A DNA stretch of 64,000 nt, from assembly GCA_000934665.2 (NCBI GenBank), contig KZ538034.1, positions 1 through 64,000 on the forward strand, read 5' to 3'. Below, piece by piece: positions 1-14,700 of this stretch. Below the pieces are notes generated by a model. It worked only from the letters and a program-made list of their open reading frames with translations. It did no database searches and was not told the origin of the DNA. The DNA comes from Catajapyx aquilonaris (lineage: Eukaryota). Numbering within the stretch: the first letter of the stretch is position 1; each line of letters starts with the position of its first letter. The position numbers were made by a program, and so were the translations under genes.

Positions 1-1246
1 CCCCCCCTCCTATACCCAGCTTCCCTTTCGGTGCATGACTGGTTGTGCGCTTCATCAACTCCTAAAATTGCCTTTCCTCTTCTCTCCGAACAGACTTCTC
101 CAACCTTTCTCGCGACCTCCTTATATCCTGGGTAAGCCTCTAAACGATTTATGGAAGACTTGGCTTTTTGGCAAGAACCGTATAACAAAAGTTGGTCAAC
201 TCCAAGCTGAACTGGAAAAATAATAAATGACATAATATTATGCCACCTACAAATAATGACAACATATTGTACGTATATAAGCAACATGAATAAGTACCGT
301 AAACATTCACATTTGTGGTTAATATATGAAGATAATTTCAGCTTATTTAAAAAACTCACTGTCATTTTGTTGGAGATTATTGATCCTACATTAACAAGGT
401 TTGCAATTTTTCTCTCCCTCCGAATTAGCGGGAAAATAGGCTTCGTAGACAGCACGGTAAAATTACAAGCATTGGTTCCCTTTGAAATATCACTCTTCTC
501 AACAATGCAACCTGCAGCATCCATTTTTTTTCCTGTACCTTAAGGCATTCCAGTATTTGCAAATGTCATCAGACATGATCATCACGTTGCAGGCTAAGTT
601 ATCCAGATATTAAGTAAAGTAATTAAAGTTGCCATTTCTTGTGCATCCCTTGTATTGTCTGCTTGGACCTTGAACTAGAGAGTATACGCACTAGAGCAAT
701 ATATAACATTACAGCAGCTAGCGTACTGTACAACCGCAACCTGTCCATCGTCGTCCCAGTGGGTCGTTCCCAGTCAGTGCCTTGACCATTATTTTCTCAC
801 CCTCTCCAGCCCCCTTTTGTTATGGTTTCTGGAAAATGTCCAGGGCCGATCTAGCTCTCCATAGTTGGAAGCACACATTTCTCCCGCCTCCATCTGGCTG
901 CCGACATTAATTAACTAAATCGCTCTTGCTTCCTGTCCCAAAGGGAATTGAAACGGGCTTTACAACAGATGACCACCATCACTTTTTGAAAAGGTACTGT
1001 ATACACTTCGATTATTACTAGTCCATTTATAGAGGGTCATGGCCCATGTTAGTGGTAATTAAGCAAAGCATCTTAATCTTTGCAAATGGAGATCTAAGTA
1101 ACACTTTGTCCCAATGAGATGGAAGACCCCTACTGTATTGTAGTACAGTACACTGCCCATGTTGACAACTTCACTTCAATGGTAAGCTTGTATATTGATG
1201 GCATTTTACAGAAAACGACAAATATGAATCAAATAAGATGTTACAG

Positions 1247-1502
1247 ATGATTTTTTTACAAACGCAACCGAGTGCGCATCCACACTCGCGCAAGTCCATT
1301 GTTCCGACAACAACGTTGCCACAGTGACTCCCCATGGGGACCAAATTCACACAGGTAGCCTCTAAGGTTCGTTCCGGAGCCCAGACCATTGGCAACATCG
1401 CAAAAGTCGGTCATATTGTTACTATACCCCCTCAAGCGTAGTGTTGGAAACAAATTGCGCAAACTGTGTTGCGCACTCGGTTGCGCTCATTTAAAAAATC
1501 AT
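1247..1502. mobile_element. MITE-like element with terminal inverted repeats
   Basis: atgatttttt...gcaaccgagtgcgca at the left end and tgcgcactcggttgc...aaaaaatcat at the right end; the same arm occurs at 36722-36812. Confidence 0.7.
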
Positions 1503-1582
1503 ATATTATTAGTAAGAGTGAATTCCTCGGATGGTTGACAGCCTATTTTTTTAAATGGAAATGGACGATTATATCTTCCCCT

Positions 1583-1665
1583 TTGGGTCAGGTAATTGAA
1601 CCCTGGTCCTCCGAGAGGTTAGAGACCTGCCGGAAAGACTAACTCTTAGGCCAACAAGGTGCCGG
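1583..1665 (-). mobile_element. Possible tRNA-derived SINE head (degenerate)
   Basis: The minus strand reads tggcctaagag ... ggttcaattacc, with Pol III A/B-box-like spacing; no convincing cloverleaf. Confidence 0.35.
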
Positions 1666-4600
1666 ATTTACTTGGCTTATAGGGAAAGGGACATTTTAGG
1701 CAGCATTCACTGGACAGGTGAGGAAATAGTAGATGTCCCTAAGGTGCAATTCAAGATTCAATTTCAGCAAGCCTTCAATCCCATCTTACAACTCTCTGGA
1801 GAAAAACGCTGTTTAGATTATTTGGAGTTCTGCTTTCTTTGCACGACGTCACGCAGAAAAAAAATATTCAGTATTCATTTTGCCATCATGTATCCTGCAC
1901 AACAACCCTGAAGCTATGAATGTACAATGCTGTCTGTATGTTCTGAATGTAAGTACGTATAGTGCCGGGCGATAATGATAATAATATAGGTTCTTCTACA
2001 AAGGAAGTCCTATTATTTTTAAATTATCACTGGAAAAAGATCAAAAGTATGTTTTTGCATGCAAATGGTGCATAGTGTAGCTACTGTATGCAAAGCTTTT
2101 TTTTGTAACTCTGAGTATGTTCTCTGCTATTTAGTATTTACGCATTTGCAGAATCTTCCAACTAAATAACAACCAGTCGTATATACGTATGTGCTTGAAA
2201 TCATTGGCATTTCTCTGTTAAGAGCAAGATAATGTTACTTATAATCAAATCGTGCACTTTCGTTTTCGAGCATTTTGAATAATTGATTGAAAGAAGGTGA
2301 TATTATAATTACATTAGTATGGCCATTTACATCATTTTGGACAAGCTGCTTAAATTTAAGACAAAACTAGCAGTTCTTCGCATGAAAGACGCTTGTTAAA
2401 CCTATAGAAGCGCCATCTGTGGTGGCACGACAATTTTCGCAGATGAAACACCAAACTTCATTTTAAAAACAAACAAATCCTAAATTTAGGGTATTTAAAC
2501 TTTTAAAATCAGTAGCACATAAGACATCGGTGTGCCCAGTACTCTCAGAAGTGTGGAAGTGTGTTAGGTAGTCCGGACAAACATACGCAGATATATACCG
2601 GCTGTATAAACTTTCACGTTTATAAGTATAGAGATAGAGTTACATGATCACAACTTGTGCTAATATACTTGTAACAATGTTATCGGTGTAAATACCCTCA
2701 TCTTATCACTTTTCGTAGATGAGGATCGACACGTGCTTCGAACCCTTTATTAGCAAACTCTCACTAGTTGCTATTTGGTCACGTATACCAAGAAGTGCAA
2801 ATACTCATGTGCATACATTGAACAGAACAGTGCAAGATAATCCGCATAATAATCCTCTTCTTTGATTCACACACAAACAAACCATATTCACTGACGCAAA
2901 AACGGGCACAATCGTTTAAAATTGGCTTTATTAATAAATATTATCAAAAAAAGTAGTGCTCTAATTCACTGCTGACTGAATAAAAAAAATCCGGCAACAC
3001 ATGTGAAATTACACGTTCAGTTTGCGTTGGCCATTGATTTTGGCTTCCCACCTACCACTTCCGTCGTCATAATCATTAACACCTCATTAACAGCGCGGAA
3101 GTTGGATGCCCGTTTCCTGGAATCGGAGTTGAATGGTGTCAACTAGGCTGCGCAGGATGGGTTGTTTTTTAGGTTTTTTTTAAAAAAAGGAAGTACGAGG
3201 GACACGTGGGCGCTTGTTCAGTAGAGGGGAAAGCGCAGATATTGTGCTTTTGATCAATGGGTGGGCCCACCCCTCGTTTTAGCAATCACACTCGCAATAA
3301 ATTCGTAGAAATGAGCCAGACTCACTGGGGCAGGCCACGGAGCCAAATTATTTCTGAATAGCGTGACTTGGGTACTTTTTCATGGTGGTTACTTTGTATG
3401 AACGAAATGCGAGCAATGAAAAACGCAGGGCGTTACACATATTTCAACGAGGCTCGTAGACACGAGGTTTTTTTTTTTTTTTCATTTAACAAACCCTACT
3501 AGTACGTGCATGTTTGATATTGATTCGGTTAAACTTGCAATTAAATTTTATTAGATGTAACAGGCAGATTCCGAGCCAAAGAAATGTATCAGTGTCTCCT
3601 TACAATATTATGACATTGATGTCCTAAATAAAAATATTTCTGTAAAAATTCTTTGAACACAAAATGACTGTGCAGAGTAGAAAGTGATCATCGAATAATG
3701 CAATCGGAAGCGTAGGTAACACGTAGGTGTTGGCTCTTTTTTATATATCAAGTGAGTCAATATTGTGATGCTCTCATTTTTCTGATCATGCTAAGAGTCG
3801 ATTCAATTATAAAATTCCTAGAGATATTAATCATTTGATCAATAAAATTGCAAGCAAAGGGGTAGGCGGGATTATTTCCCACCGAGTCCATTTTTTTTTG
3901 GTTGGAACCGTTTCTATTTTTAACCACGTTATCACCACAGTCTGCATCGTCTGCATTATCATCATCCACATACTGCATCCTGTCATTTTCCTCCCACGAA
4001 TCCTATGCAGTCACACACACTTGCTATTATGGATTATGGCAGCATTAATAATTGTAAGTGCTTCTAAACAGGTAAACACACGATGCGGAAAGTAATCACC
4101 GGCAGAACATTTATAAAAGATTCACATGTAGATACACACGCTGGTGATAAAGCAATAAAAAATGTCCGCATGCAACGAGCAGCAGTATATATATATAGGT
4201 CACAATGGCTGTGTCTATCTCACTTGCAAAGCTCCTCTGTAGGCTACCTTATTTCATGAAAAAATCATTTTTTGAAATGAACTCCTATTATCGAAATTAT
4301 TAGGTTGGATTCCTTGCTTTCCCTGAATACGAATCGATAACCTTGAAGTCTCTTCAACCACTTTTCTGTCTTGGTACAATTTGGAACCAAATACGACATT
4401 TAGCCTACGTACTTCAGTATTTAAGATTCGGTAATACAAAAAATTGAAGCTCGGTTTGAGAAGCTTGTCACAGAACTACGAAAGAACATAGGAACATCCT
4501 AGTAAATGATGATTTATTTTTTTAAAGCACATGTAAGTGTAGAAAATGCATTTATGGTTAACATAATAGGAAACACTTCTTAGCTATAAGTTATGCAATA

Positions 4601-7600
4601 GCTAAATTTGAATCTTTCTGGTGAAGTTGTGTGGGGATTAAAATAATATTGCACCGGATTTGGAACCATCAGTAGTGGCACCGTGGCACCATCTCTAAGA
4701 TATTACCATGTGCAATTTCGCACTTTCATTTATTCCCCCCTTCCAGCTTTAATTTCAAGGGTGGATAACATTCCTGGTATGTATCCACCCGCTTTACACC
4801 CTTGTATATGCCTACACCAACGCGCCTAGGCGTAAAATTAAGTACCCAATTCCCTCATTGTCGCTCAAAAGGTGTCGAAATTAACTGCCTAGTGCTGGAA
4901 CTGTTTTTGCGACTTTCTATTTTACGGACCTTGAGGCAACAAATTGTTCAACAAAATAATGCATTTATATGCAAGGAATATTTTGTACATGTACAGTATT
5001 AAGCATAAGATACCAATCTTTCACCTTATTACAGTAAATATGTACAATTCAATGTGATACTGTACAGAGTAACGAGGACAGTTTATATAAAACAGAAAAG
5101 TAGCATGCGATGCGCCATTTTTTACAAGGCAGGTAACGCATAGGATGTAACCTGATTACCCCATAAGTCCACCCATCTGAAATAAGGAAGAGAAAAAAAA
5201 TCGAAATTTAGCATATAGACAAGATGTAGCAAGAGTGGACTTTCCCCCTGGATCCGCATTGGCCAGTTCACTTAACTATATTTCCAGAATCCGGCAAATT
5301 ACAGCTCCGCACGAAAAAAAAAAAAAAAAATCGCCCACGTCCTTCTAGGAATAAACTGTGATCCACCAGACGTCATAAGGAATATTAAGACTGATGATGT
5401 GACATCGTCAGGCTTTATCGAAAGGCTGAATATAGCTGACAATCTCAAGCACTTTTTGCAGTATCTAATTAACCCAAGACATTGCAAGATATTGATTATA
5501 CGGGGATCCCCCTTCCCAAAAATACAAAACACAGCATGACTCGTTCATGGCGATGTAACCTAAATAATCGCTTTAATAAGTATCAAATTTTATTTAATAT
5601 GTACGTATTTTGTTGTTCCAATTGCGCCCAACCAAACTGTTTGCTGGGGTAAACAATCCATACTGAACTCTGGACATAAAAGCACTGCTCTCTATATGCA
5701 AAACTTTTCAAGTGGAATTAATCAAAACTTTAATGATTTTCACGAACTTATTTTAAATGCTACATTGTTGCGAATTTAGTTGAATCTACAAAAAATAATA
5801 TCAGCTGATAATCATAACCCGCAGAGCCCGCAGAGAGTGCTTATCGCTGATGATGCAGCCGACCTGTCATATCTCTCATTCATGTGCAATAGGTGCGATC
5901 TGATGAGCTTACTAAGTTGACAGATGCGGACTTGATCATTATCGGATAATTCTCCAATTTGCGTTGCGACCACTATGGCAGTCTTTTTTTTAAACCCCGA
6001 AATGTTGCATTAGGTCAGTTATGTGACCAAAAATAGAATGAAAAATGTGCAATCTGATCGGAGGAGTGTGTACTTTGCATGATAACTACCTCAGGGAGAA
6101 GCATAGTTTCATATGTATATATACATTACTTTCCGAAGAGTAATATCCACCCACTCTAGATATGTTGCTAAAGGGAAGTACAGTTGACCTAGAGGAAATT
6201 GACCACATCCATTATGTCCAACAAAGTATGAAATATCTGCCTTTTGGTTGAATCAACTAAAGTTGCATCTGTACAAATTGACATAAAATTGTGAAACTCC
6301 ATTTACAACTGTACAACACACATTACTTATAAACCACATAAAATTCCGTGCGGTACATATACATGCAAATGAATCATTTTAAATAAATACGCCAAATTAC
6401 ATGCCTCGCTCTATATGAAAAGCACTTAACATGTTGCACATTTGCTATATGTATGCAAACTGGACTCACATGAGTTCAAAAAGAGTTTATACGTGTAGCT
6501 GATCCATTTGCCAATGTGCGACCCACATCATGCGCCAGGTAATTTGGCTGACAGGCAATAAATTTAGAGAGAGAGAGAGAGCCGCTTATCTGAATATACA
6601 GTACCAGCATAAAGAGGGTTCTACGTATAGAGACGGAAGGGGTTGGAGCGTTTGAAATCGGTGCGTTTGGAGAAATGAACTTCCGTGTCTGGATCAGACA
6701 AGTTCCATTGTGCCTTTCTATAGGTGTCCCTAACTCCAAATGATATCACGACAAACCTATACCTCTAGGCACACCCATGAGTTTTTTTAAAAACTCTTTA
6801 ATGATCGTACAAAGAGACTTGGACGTGTCGAGCCCCGAATAGCAATGTCGGCTTCTCTTTGGAACTTGTCGTGATCTGGGTGCATCGGCATGAGTATAGT
6901 AGACTGTTTCGATTTAATACGTGAGTTGTCAAAGGTTAGTTTCAGAAAAGAAAGAGGTGCTGCCATGTATAGAGTGAAGAGCGTGAGACTTTTTTTGTTG
7001 AGGAATGCGCTGCAGTGCATACTGACAATCAGTAGATTTCAGAGGACATGTGGGCGAAAGTTACACGTGCAATTCTCTGTAAGATTTTAATCTGTCAAAC
7101 ATATGCATCAAAATATTATTTATATACGCATACACATCACTCGAAATCAAGCAATTTCCGTGATTGATTATAATATGAATGTAACATCCGCCCACACTTC
7201 CACTGCAGTACATGTTAAGGTAATATGCTGCAAAAGATTAAATATTCTGCGATTGATATGAAATTTAAAGCATACTTACGAACAATTTGCAGGAGGTACT
7301 CGGATTGGAAAGGTTGAAGTGCACTTGTTCCTATAACTAAACCCTCTCTCTGCCTAATACTGATTAAAGATATTTTTTGTGTAGGCTATGACCTTATTTT
7401 TAAGCCATTTATTATAAGCCAATAATGTGAGTCTTAAGCGCTTATTTCAAGATGATTAGCGTCCAAATATGTAAGGGTTCCTTTAGAACAGCGGTTCTTA
7501 ACGTGGGGTGCGAGCATGGGTGCCGGATGTACCATACAATAATTTCCGGGCCCGTACCATGTACACCATAATGGTATTACACACATAATTTCACCACAAA

Positions 7601-8733
7601 TGTGTGACCTTGAACCCAAGAAAAATTTCGCCTGCGATAGGGGGTGCGACAAGGTCGTCCAACTGTCTTCAAAGGGGTGCGGAGGCTCTTAATAAGTTGG
7701 TTCCCATCAACGTGTATTGATTTTAGCACAGATTATTATTATCAGCTACTCTCTTGAATGTATCATTCTTACAACTTTCCTCATTTTAAATGAATAGTTA
7801 CTAACCAGTAGGACGGTGATACAGCACTATTCATGTAAGAAAAAAAATATTGTCTTGATTTGATGCCATTAATGCCTTGATTTTGAATATGAAGAACGAT
7901 TACTTTCATTGCAAATTTGTTATACTCTACATATTTGTTATTTTGTCTTAGCAGGAGCATTTCTTGGATAATAAATCTCATATACAAAGTGTCTGGATGG
8001 ACATTTATTTCTCTTTATAAATGTTCACATGTAAAAGTGAAACCTCATTAAATATTACAAGCAGTTTCCGATGCAATGAATAATGTGTCGTATACACAGC
8101 ATGACTCTTTTATCAACACCTTGTATTGAACTACGTGACAATGTTGGACTAACATTTGCATCATGCCTTTCAAGAACTGCTGGAGAAGATTTTCCGAAAG
8201 CTGCGTCACGTCTTTTACTATTGCTGGAAAACCTACAACGTCCTGTAGAAAGGAGTCTTTTATATTTTATTGAGGAAAGCCACAAGTCTTGACATTTATA
8301 TAGAAAAAGGAATCCTCCACCCCGACGTGTCTTACCAAGAAAGGAAAAAATCTTTCCATGGAACATGTTGTAAACAGGGGGGTTGGATGTGGGCCGCCCA
8401 AATTGCTCTTATTCCTGGAAAAAGCAGTGGGTTGAGCGAGAGAGAGATAGGGGGAGCCCCCTCTAGGCTGAGTCCAACCCAACTCAGCCATTGGTTGGCG
8501 CCAAAATGACATCATGTCCACAGGGGAGGGTGGGCGGGAGGTCGGATGTCTTTTTAAAATGTTGGCAACGAGCATCCTCTTCGTCAGGAAAGAGCAGCCA
8601 GGGCGGACAGAAGGGCTGGTGGGGCCTTTTCAAGTGGATGGCATAGGAAGAGCCCACCCTCCCTCCAAATCTTAACCCATCCAATTCTATACCCACAAAA
8701 AAACCTTCGTCTTGTTCCTGTATAGCTGAAGAG

Positions 8734-11700
8734 ATGTCCGGGATCAGGTCTCCTTTGCTAAGTGTTGTTCTCTTGGTGCATCTCCACAACCGAATCTTTT
8801 TGGCCTGTTCCATGCCTCTGGGAGGCTCACACCACGATGGTGAGTTGCCATTTTTCATCGATTTCAATAATAGAAAACAGTATAGATTTGAAAGCTAGCT
8901 TCAGATAAAATATTACTAATATTTCATGATTTTAAGTTGAACTAGGCCATAGCATGTGACACTCTTAATAATGTGACCGTAGCTTGATGAGTAATACGGG
9001 ATTAAACTGCTTTCAATTTCTAGTGTCGTAGTTTGCAAAAGTTCACCATAATTTCCAGCGGTTTGGATTCATTATTTTGTATGCAATGTTTTTTCGCTGT
9101 CGGATTTTTCCGTGCATGTTGTACTAGGATCAATTGCATAAATAGGATTTGGCAATTAATCTGATGTAGGCTTATACAAAACACTCATAATTGACGTTTG
9201 AATATGCCAAAACCACGGCATTACAGTTTACTAATGCATAAAAATGTGCCATTTCCTCTTTCCTATGATTTATCAATCAATAGCTTTCAATCGATAATAA
9301 TTGAGTGAAGTTGGAAACGCTCAAATGATCCCAAAAAAAGCTTGAACGAAGTGCACCTGCACGATATTATCTTCAGTCACTGACTTGGCCTTCCTTCGAG
9401 TAAGGTCACTGGCGTACTGTAGCTTACTTCATATAATATGTTGGTAAGAATGCTACTTAACTGTATATCTTTTTCAAATAAGTTTTTAATAGCCATATTA
9501 GTGTTCCTGTACAGTATAGGACTCTACAGGTGGTGGAAATATAACCTTTGTTATATTAACCTGCTTTCAATATTAGCCACATGGCTGTGTGACTGCCAAA
9601 GATTCCCATGTTAAAAACCAGCAGCCTTCCTATCCGACAGTATATAGTATCCATTATTATATACAGCTGAGTATTCTCTTGAGTGCAGTAGGGTGGCTGC
9701 CATAAACTTAAATTACTGCATGTATATCCACGACGAATGTATGAAGATGGGTCAGGCGTAATAATGATGTGCAGAAAGTAATATCGCTGTTTTACATCAG
9801 AATTAACGAACAGTGAATTAATCTCTTTGATGACCACTTAGGGCTCTAAAATGATTAGTGTTAATACAAGCAGTATTTAGCTTCCACACATTGCACACAA
9901 CACATCACGTTGTAACATGTGCAATATGGCAAATCAACATACTCTGCACGTCTACCTATTGTCCGTGTTAACATTAGGGCTTTTTTTTGCATACGATCCA
10001 CTGGAAAAAAGGTGAGTTACTGATGCATCTCTTTTGTGCTATCCAATCCTATGGGTATTTGCTGGAGCGTTGAGAGATGGACTATTTTATTCTCTGTCAA
10101 TTTCCTGTTCACTGACGAGTACTGTATACAGTGGCTATGCTTCATGGATCCAAATAGTGACTGACAGGGTAAGTAGACTCGACCGCAAAAGATTCTTTTC
10201 ACGCTACCTGAAGCAACGTGAGGCTATTTTTGATAATACAGCGAAACTTTCATGTAAAAGTGTACGAACTTGGGACTCCAATTATTCGGAGACATGTTAA
10301 AATATTTTTTATATATTGCCGATCAACGTAGCTTTCTGCATTCATTTACTTCATTTTAGGAAAGTGAAACGTTGAATGGTTTATTTCCTGACTGATATGC
10401 AACCTCACCCGAGACATACAGGGAGTATAACCAATAGGCGCAAAAATAAACGTAAACACGACATAAAATGAAACGCAATATTACTGAACCTATTTCAACG
10501 ACTAAACCCCAGGAATTGTAATGTTATGATGTTCTTAAGTAATCAGTTCTGTCGGAAAGAAATGTTTCATATTATTATAGCAGAAGATCTTAAACATTTC
10601 ACTTCTTTAGCTCTGCTTTTCGTCAGGATGAAAAACTACACAAAGCATGAAACACGCGTAGTAGAAGTATAACCTTGCACTTGTCCTACATTGTGAGAAA
10701 CACCGTTGCAAAGTTACTTAATTAAATCGCATATGCCGCCATCCCTGGTATTTTTCTCCGTAATAATATTAGAAAAGGTTACAATCGCAATGGGACAAGA
10801 CAGTCTTGATATGAAAAAAAAACTTAATAAAGATGACAAAAATAGCCGTGTGTTTAAAGTCAAGTTGGAATTATAATAAGGTTATAATGCGGAGCACCAA
10901 CAACAAGTTCCATTCATTTTCTTGAGATAATCATGTTAGCAAGAAGGAGTACAGCAGTTTTAAAATGTAAATAACTGGCTGTACTAACAGGTCGTACACA
11001 TTATGTCACTATATATGTAGGTTGGCCCAGATATTAATTTCTCGTCACTATAACCCTCCAGCATTATTTCTGAGGTCCTGCGTTCAATCTGGAATCGTGC
11101 ACAGAATTTTCCCTGCGGATAGGTTTGGATGGGATTTCTGCTGTCTTTGCGTGAATTTCCTTTGGGTACTTCCACTACCCTTTCACCAGCAAATTACATC
11201 AGATACAGGGATTAAAACGAAAATCCTTAAGGTGGCCCCAGAACATGCCGTATGACCAAATTTACATAATCATCATTAATATCATCTCCATATTCGTCAT
11301 CATTAGATTTTATATTACTGTATAAACGTTCAGCAGATAGTCAATTCGTTCCCGGAAGAATAAATTGTCACCCGATGCTATTGTGTCTTTTTCCGAGAAA
11401 TCAGGCAGCGGGTCAACAGCATCGAAAATCCATTCCCGTGACCAATTCCAGGACACTCCAGAAAGTGGTGGGTCAAATTACTGGTAGAATCAGTGAGTGG
11501 CCTATGTACAATCCTCATAGACCATTGGGGCTCATGTTATTCCCATTTCATCGGTGCCTTGTCACTTTGCGGCCAAAAAAAAGGGGGAAGGTAGTCTTCT
11601 AACTGCCCTCATGGGTCCCAAACATCACGCAAATGACCCTTGAGCCCTGGAGACCACTGTCTTATTTCTTGCTTGTTCACTCGTATAGATTTGTAAGGCG

Positions 11701-14700
11701 GAGGAAGGCATTGCCCCAATGATTGCCTGTTGCTGGGTATTGGTCTGAATGTATAGGTTTCTTCGTCTTATCTTTCTTATTCTCTCCATCGGATGTTTGT
11801 CCCACCTGATAGTATCTCACACGACCTGAGGGTGGCAGGAGTGTGCAGAGGGAGTATACGCCATCTATTCGTGAAGAATAACACTACGTGGTAAATCGGC
11901 GGGCCATCTTGATTGAAATTGTTTGATTGTCACTGTCATGCTGATTACAGGTTTTGCCAAATTTTGGCTCACTAGTAGGCTACACTCACATTGCGAGACC
12001 TCCAGAAAAAATTACATTTGCAACTCATAATTGTGTTACATTTTGAACTTTGGTTGGTACATTAGTTTTTTTAATTAAATGCTGACATGGTGTTACAACT
12101 GCAGTATGATACGACCTTACAACAGGCCGGCTGTGTTAATTCCTCCTCATATCATCGACCCGTGGCTAATACAATTATACCTGAGAGTGCCGTACACAAC
12201 GTAGCCTCTACTGTGCATCATGGAGTGCACTAACGTAACTATAGCATGATGCCCAGATGAGGAAACCATACCCTGCTGCCCTTTATCTTTACACGATTAT
12301 ACGATCGTATACATATAGTATGTGAATCAGAACTAAAAGAACGAAGAAGTATGTTTGCATATCCAGATTATTCATGAGTCTTGATGTCTTACGAGAAAAG
12401 CTCCAGCAAAATATTTCTTAAAAATACTTTTTCCAATATTATTATCGGAAAGACTTACTGATATCACAGTCTTGTTTAAGCAAAAAAGCCATTGCAATTA
12501 TTGGAAAGAGCTTGTCGTAGCGTCACGTACGGGGTAAGGGGAAGCTATCTCTTCCAGCTTGAGTTACAGGAAAACAGCGAGTAAAATGAGCCCACTTTAC
12601 TCGTTAGAACCATATAATTATGGCTAGGTTCTCTCTACTTCCATTGTGGAACGCTCATTAATCATGTCGTTATAATATTATTATAGAAAGTATTTCTCCA
12701 ATGACATAAGTGCATTACAAGAAATGTAATAGCAATTAAAGCCACGCCGGTTAATCATAGACCTGGCTCTTAATGTGTCTTGTCAATCACTGTGAGACGT
12801 TGCTGGAATTCACGAACAAAGCCTCTGTACTGAAAAGACGTCGAGATTGTTCGTCTCTAATACGACATCCCACTCTGCTCTTAATCAAGGCGAGAAACAT
12901 TTCGTGTGCCTTAAAATATTATTGCACAGCATGACACACGACTAGCACGTGTTTTTTAATTATTATTGTTGTTGTTGTACCCCGTGCTAGGCCCCTGGGC
13001 CATCTTAGGGGAGCGGAAAGCCACCAAATGAACTAGTGAATCTAAACAGTGACTTAAGCTGGCTGATTGCTACTTGATTCAACAATTACTTTACAGTTTA
13101 CAGTATAGCCTACTATGAGGTGCACAAAAAAATGAACTATAAAACGAACTGCTGTTGGCATTGTTTAATTAAAGCTTCCAATAAATCAATAAGAAACCTG
13201 TCAGATGCAGTGTGCAGTAGAAGGTGCATCGGACCTCAGGAGTCCTGACACCTATCGCTACGGGAGTCTCGAGTTGTTTCTGAGTGCTACTTCCCATCTC
13301 TTTCTTTAAAAAAATAAAATAAAAGTTAAGAAAGATCAAAAGCGTATACAGGTTTTTCCCACCAACACTTTTTGGAGCCTCATAAAAGCACAATAATACT
13401 ATACTCGTATAGGTGTGAAAAACAACTCCTTTCCACTTTCATGGACAATTGGACTGGAATTGTTTCCCCGGCCTCTCACCCTTATGATTTAGGCAGCTTT
13501 GAGTCCAGACATACAAGGCAACTTGGCTTTATGATCCATTAAGCCAATTCCGAAGCAGTTAAAAAGGGGTTGACAGCGGGTTAAGCCTTTTCGGAATGCA
13601 GCCCCCCAGAGTGGAGGGACCGAAACTCATTCCTCATGTCATTTTCTCTCCTAAAAATCCGCTTTGACTCCCTCAAAATTATTCTGCTCCAGGGAGCTTT
13701 TAAAAAATGACCGGAAGCAGGGATTCACTGCTGTCATTTTATGACTAAGATTAAGGGGGATGTTTGGGAAAGGTGACACCCTCCAAGGGTGAAATGTGTC
13801 GCATATATGATTCGCATTATAGTGTAATCGGGATTATAAGCACGCCAAATAGAGCATCTCAAATAAAACCAGGGCAGACATCCAACCTCGTTTGCATTTG
13901 AATTGCAGAGTCGTTAATGACGTAAAAAATTGCAGCAATGTCATTCTGACTTTCTGTCAAGAAATGCGTCGCATTTTTTCCGTCGCAGCTACAAAGGGCA
14001 CTAACTATGAATAGTCAGTGTTTTTATTACTCAATTATTCGTTCGGCTTGAAAATATCATTGTAAGTTTAAGATGAATGCCTGAATGACGTCAAAGGTAC
14101 ACTAACACATCCTGCTGCAGCCTAATAATACATCCTGATGCAAGTAGGAAGTCCGAGTATTACGAGGTATTCAGGACAGGACATTGTTAGCATGAATACT
14201 TCGTTCATATTTTTTGACCTTCGCTCGATATGCGCCCTTTTAGTCGAGGTGCTCCATCGCTCACTGGCCCTAACTTACTTTGCTACTCTGTATATTGGAA
14301 GGCCACTTCAGTCTCCAGTAGGAAGTTCTGTAAGCCAGCTACATTGTGCTATGAGGGATAAGGAAACTCGAAACTGTCTGAAGTGTACTTAGTGGAACCA
14401 CTTGTTTCACTGCCTATTGTTTCCAATCCAACATGCAGAAACTATCTTCTCCGATCATTGATTCACAAAGGGTCAATAACTCATTTCACTTTGAAAAATG
14501 TCCCTCATTTCTAATTACACTTGCATGAGGCAGAATGGAGAACCTCAATATCTTGATGCTAATGTAGAGGTCTAATACAGATTTATTATTGGGTCATTCA
14601 GTTAGGTAAGTGGGACGAGATTGCTTTTTGGCGTGCTAATAAATTTTACCTTGTATATACCGTACTTTACTAAATGCAATATGTTAATTAGAGAACTAAA

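Noticed and set aside
8484..8867. 127-aa minus-strand ORF and the minus-strand ORFs at 17612-17924 and 21665-21903
   Set aside because: Better explained as antisense to the plus-strand precursor exons, which have matching splice sites and phases.
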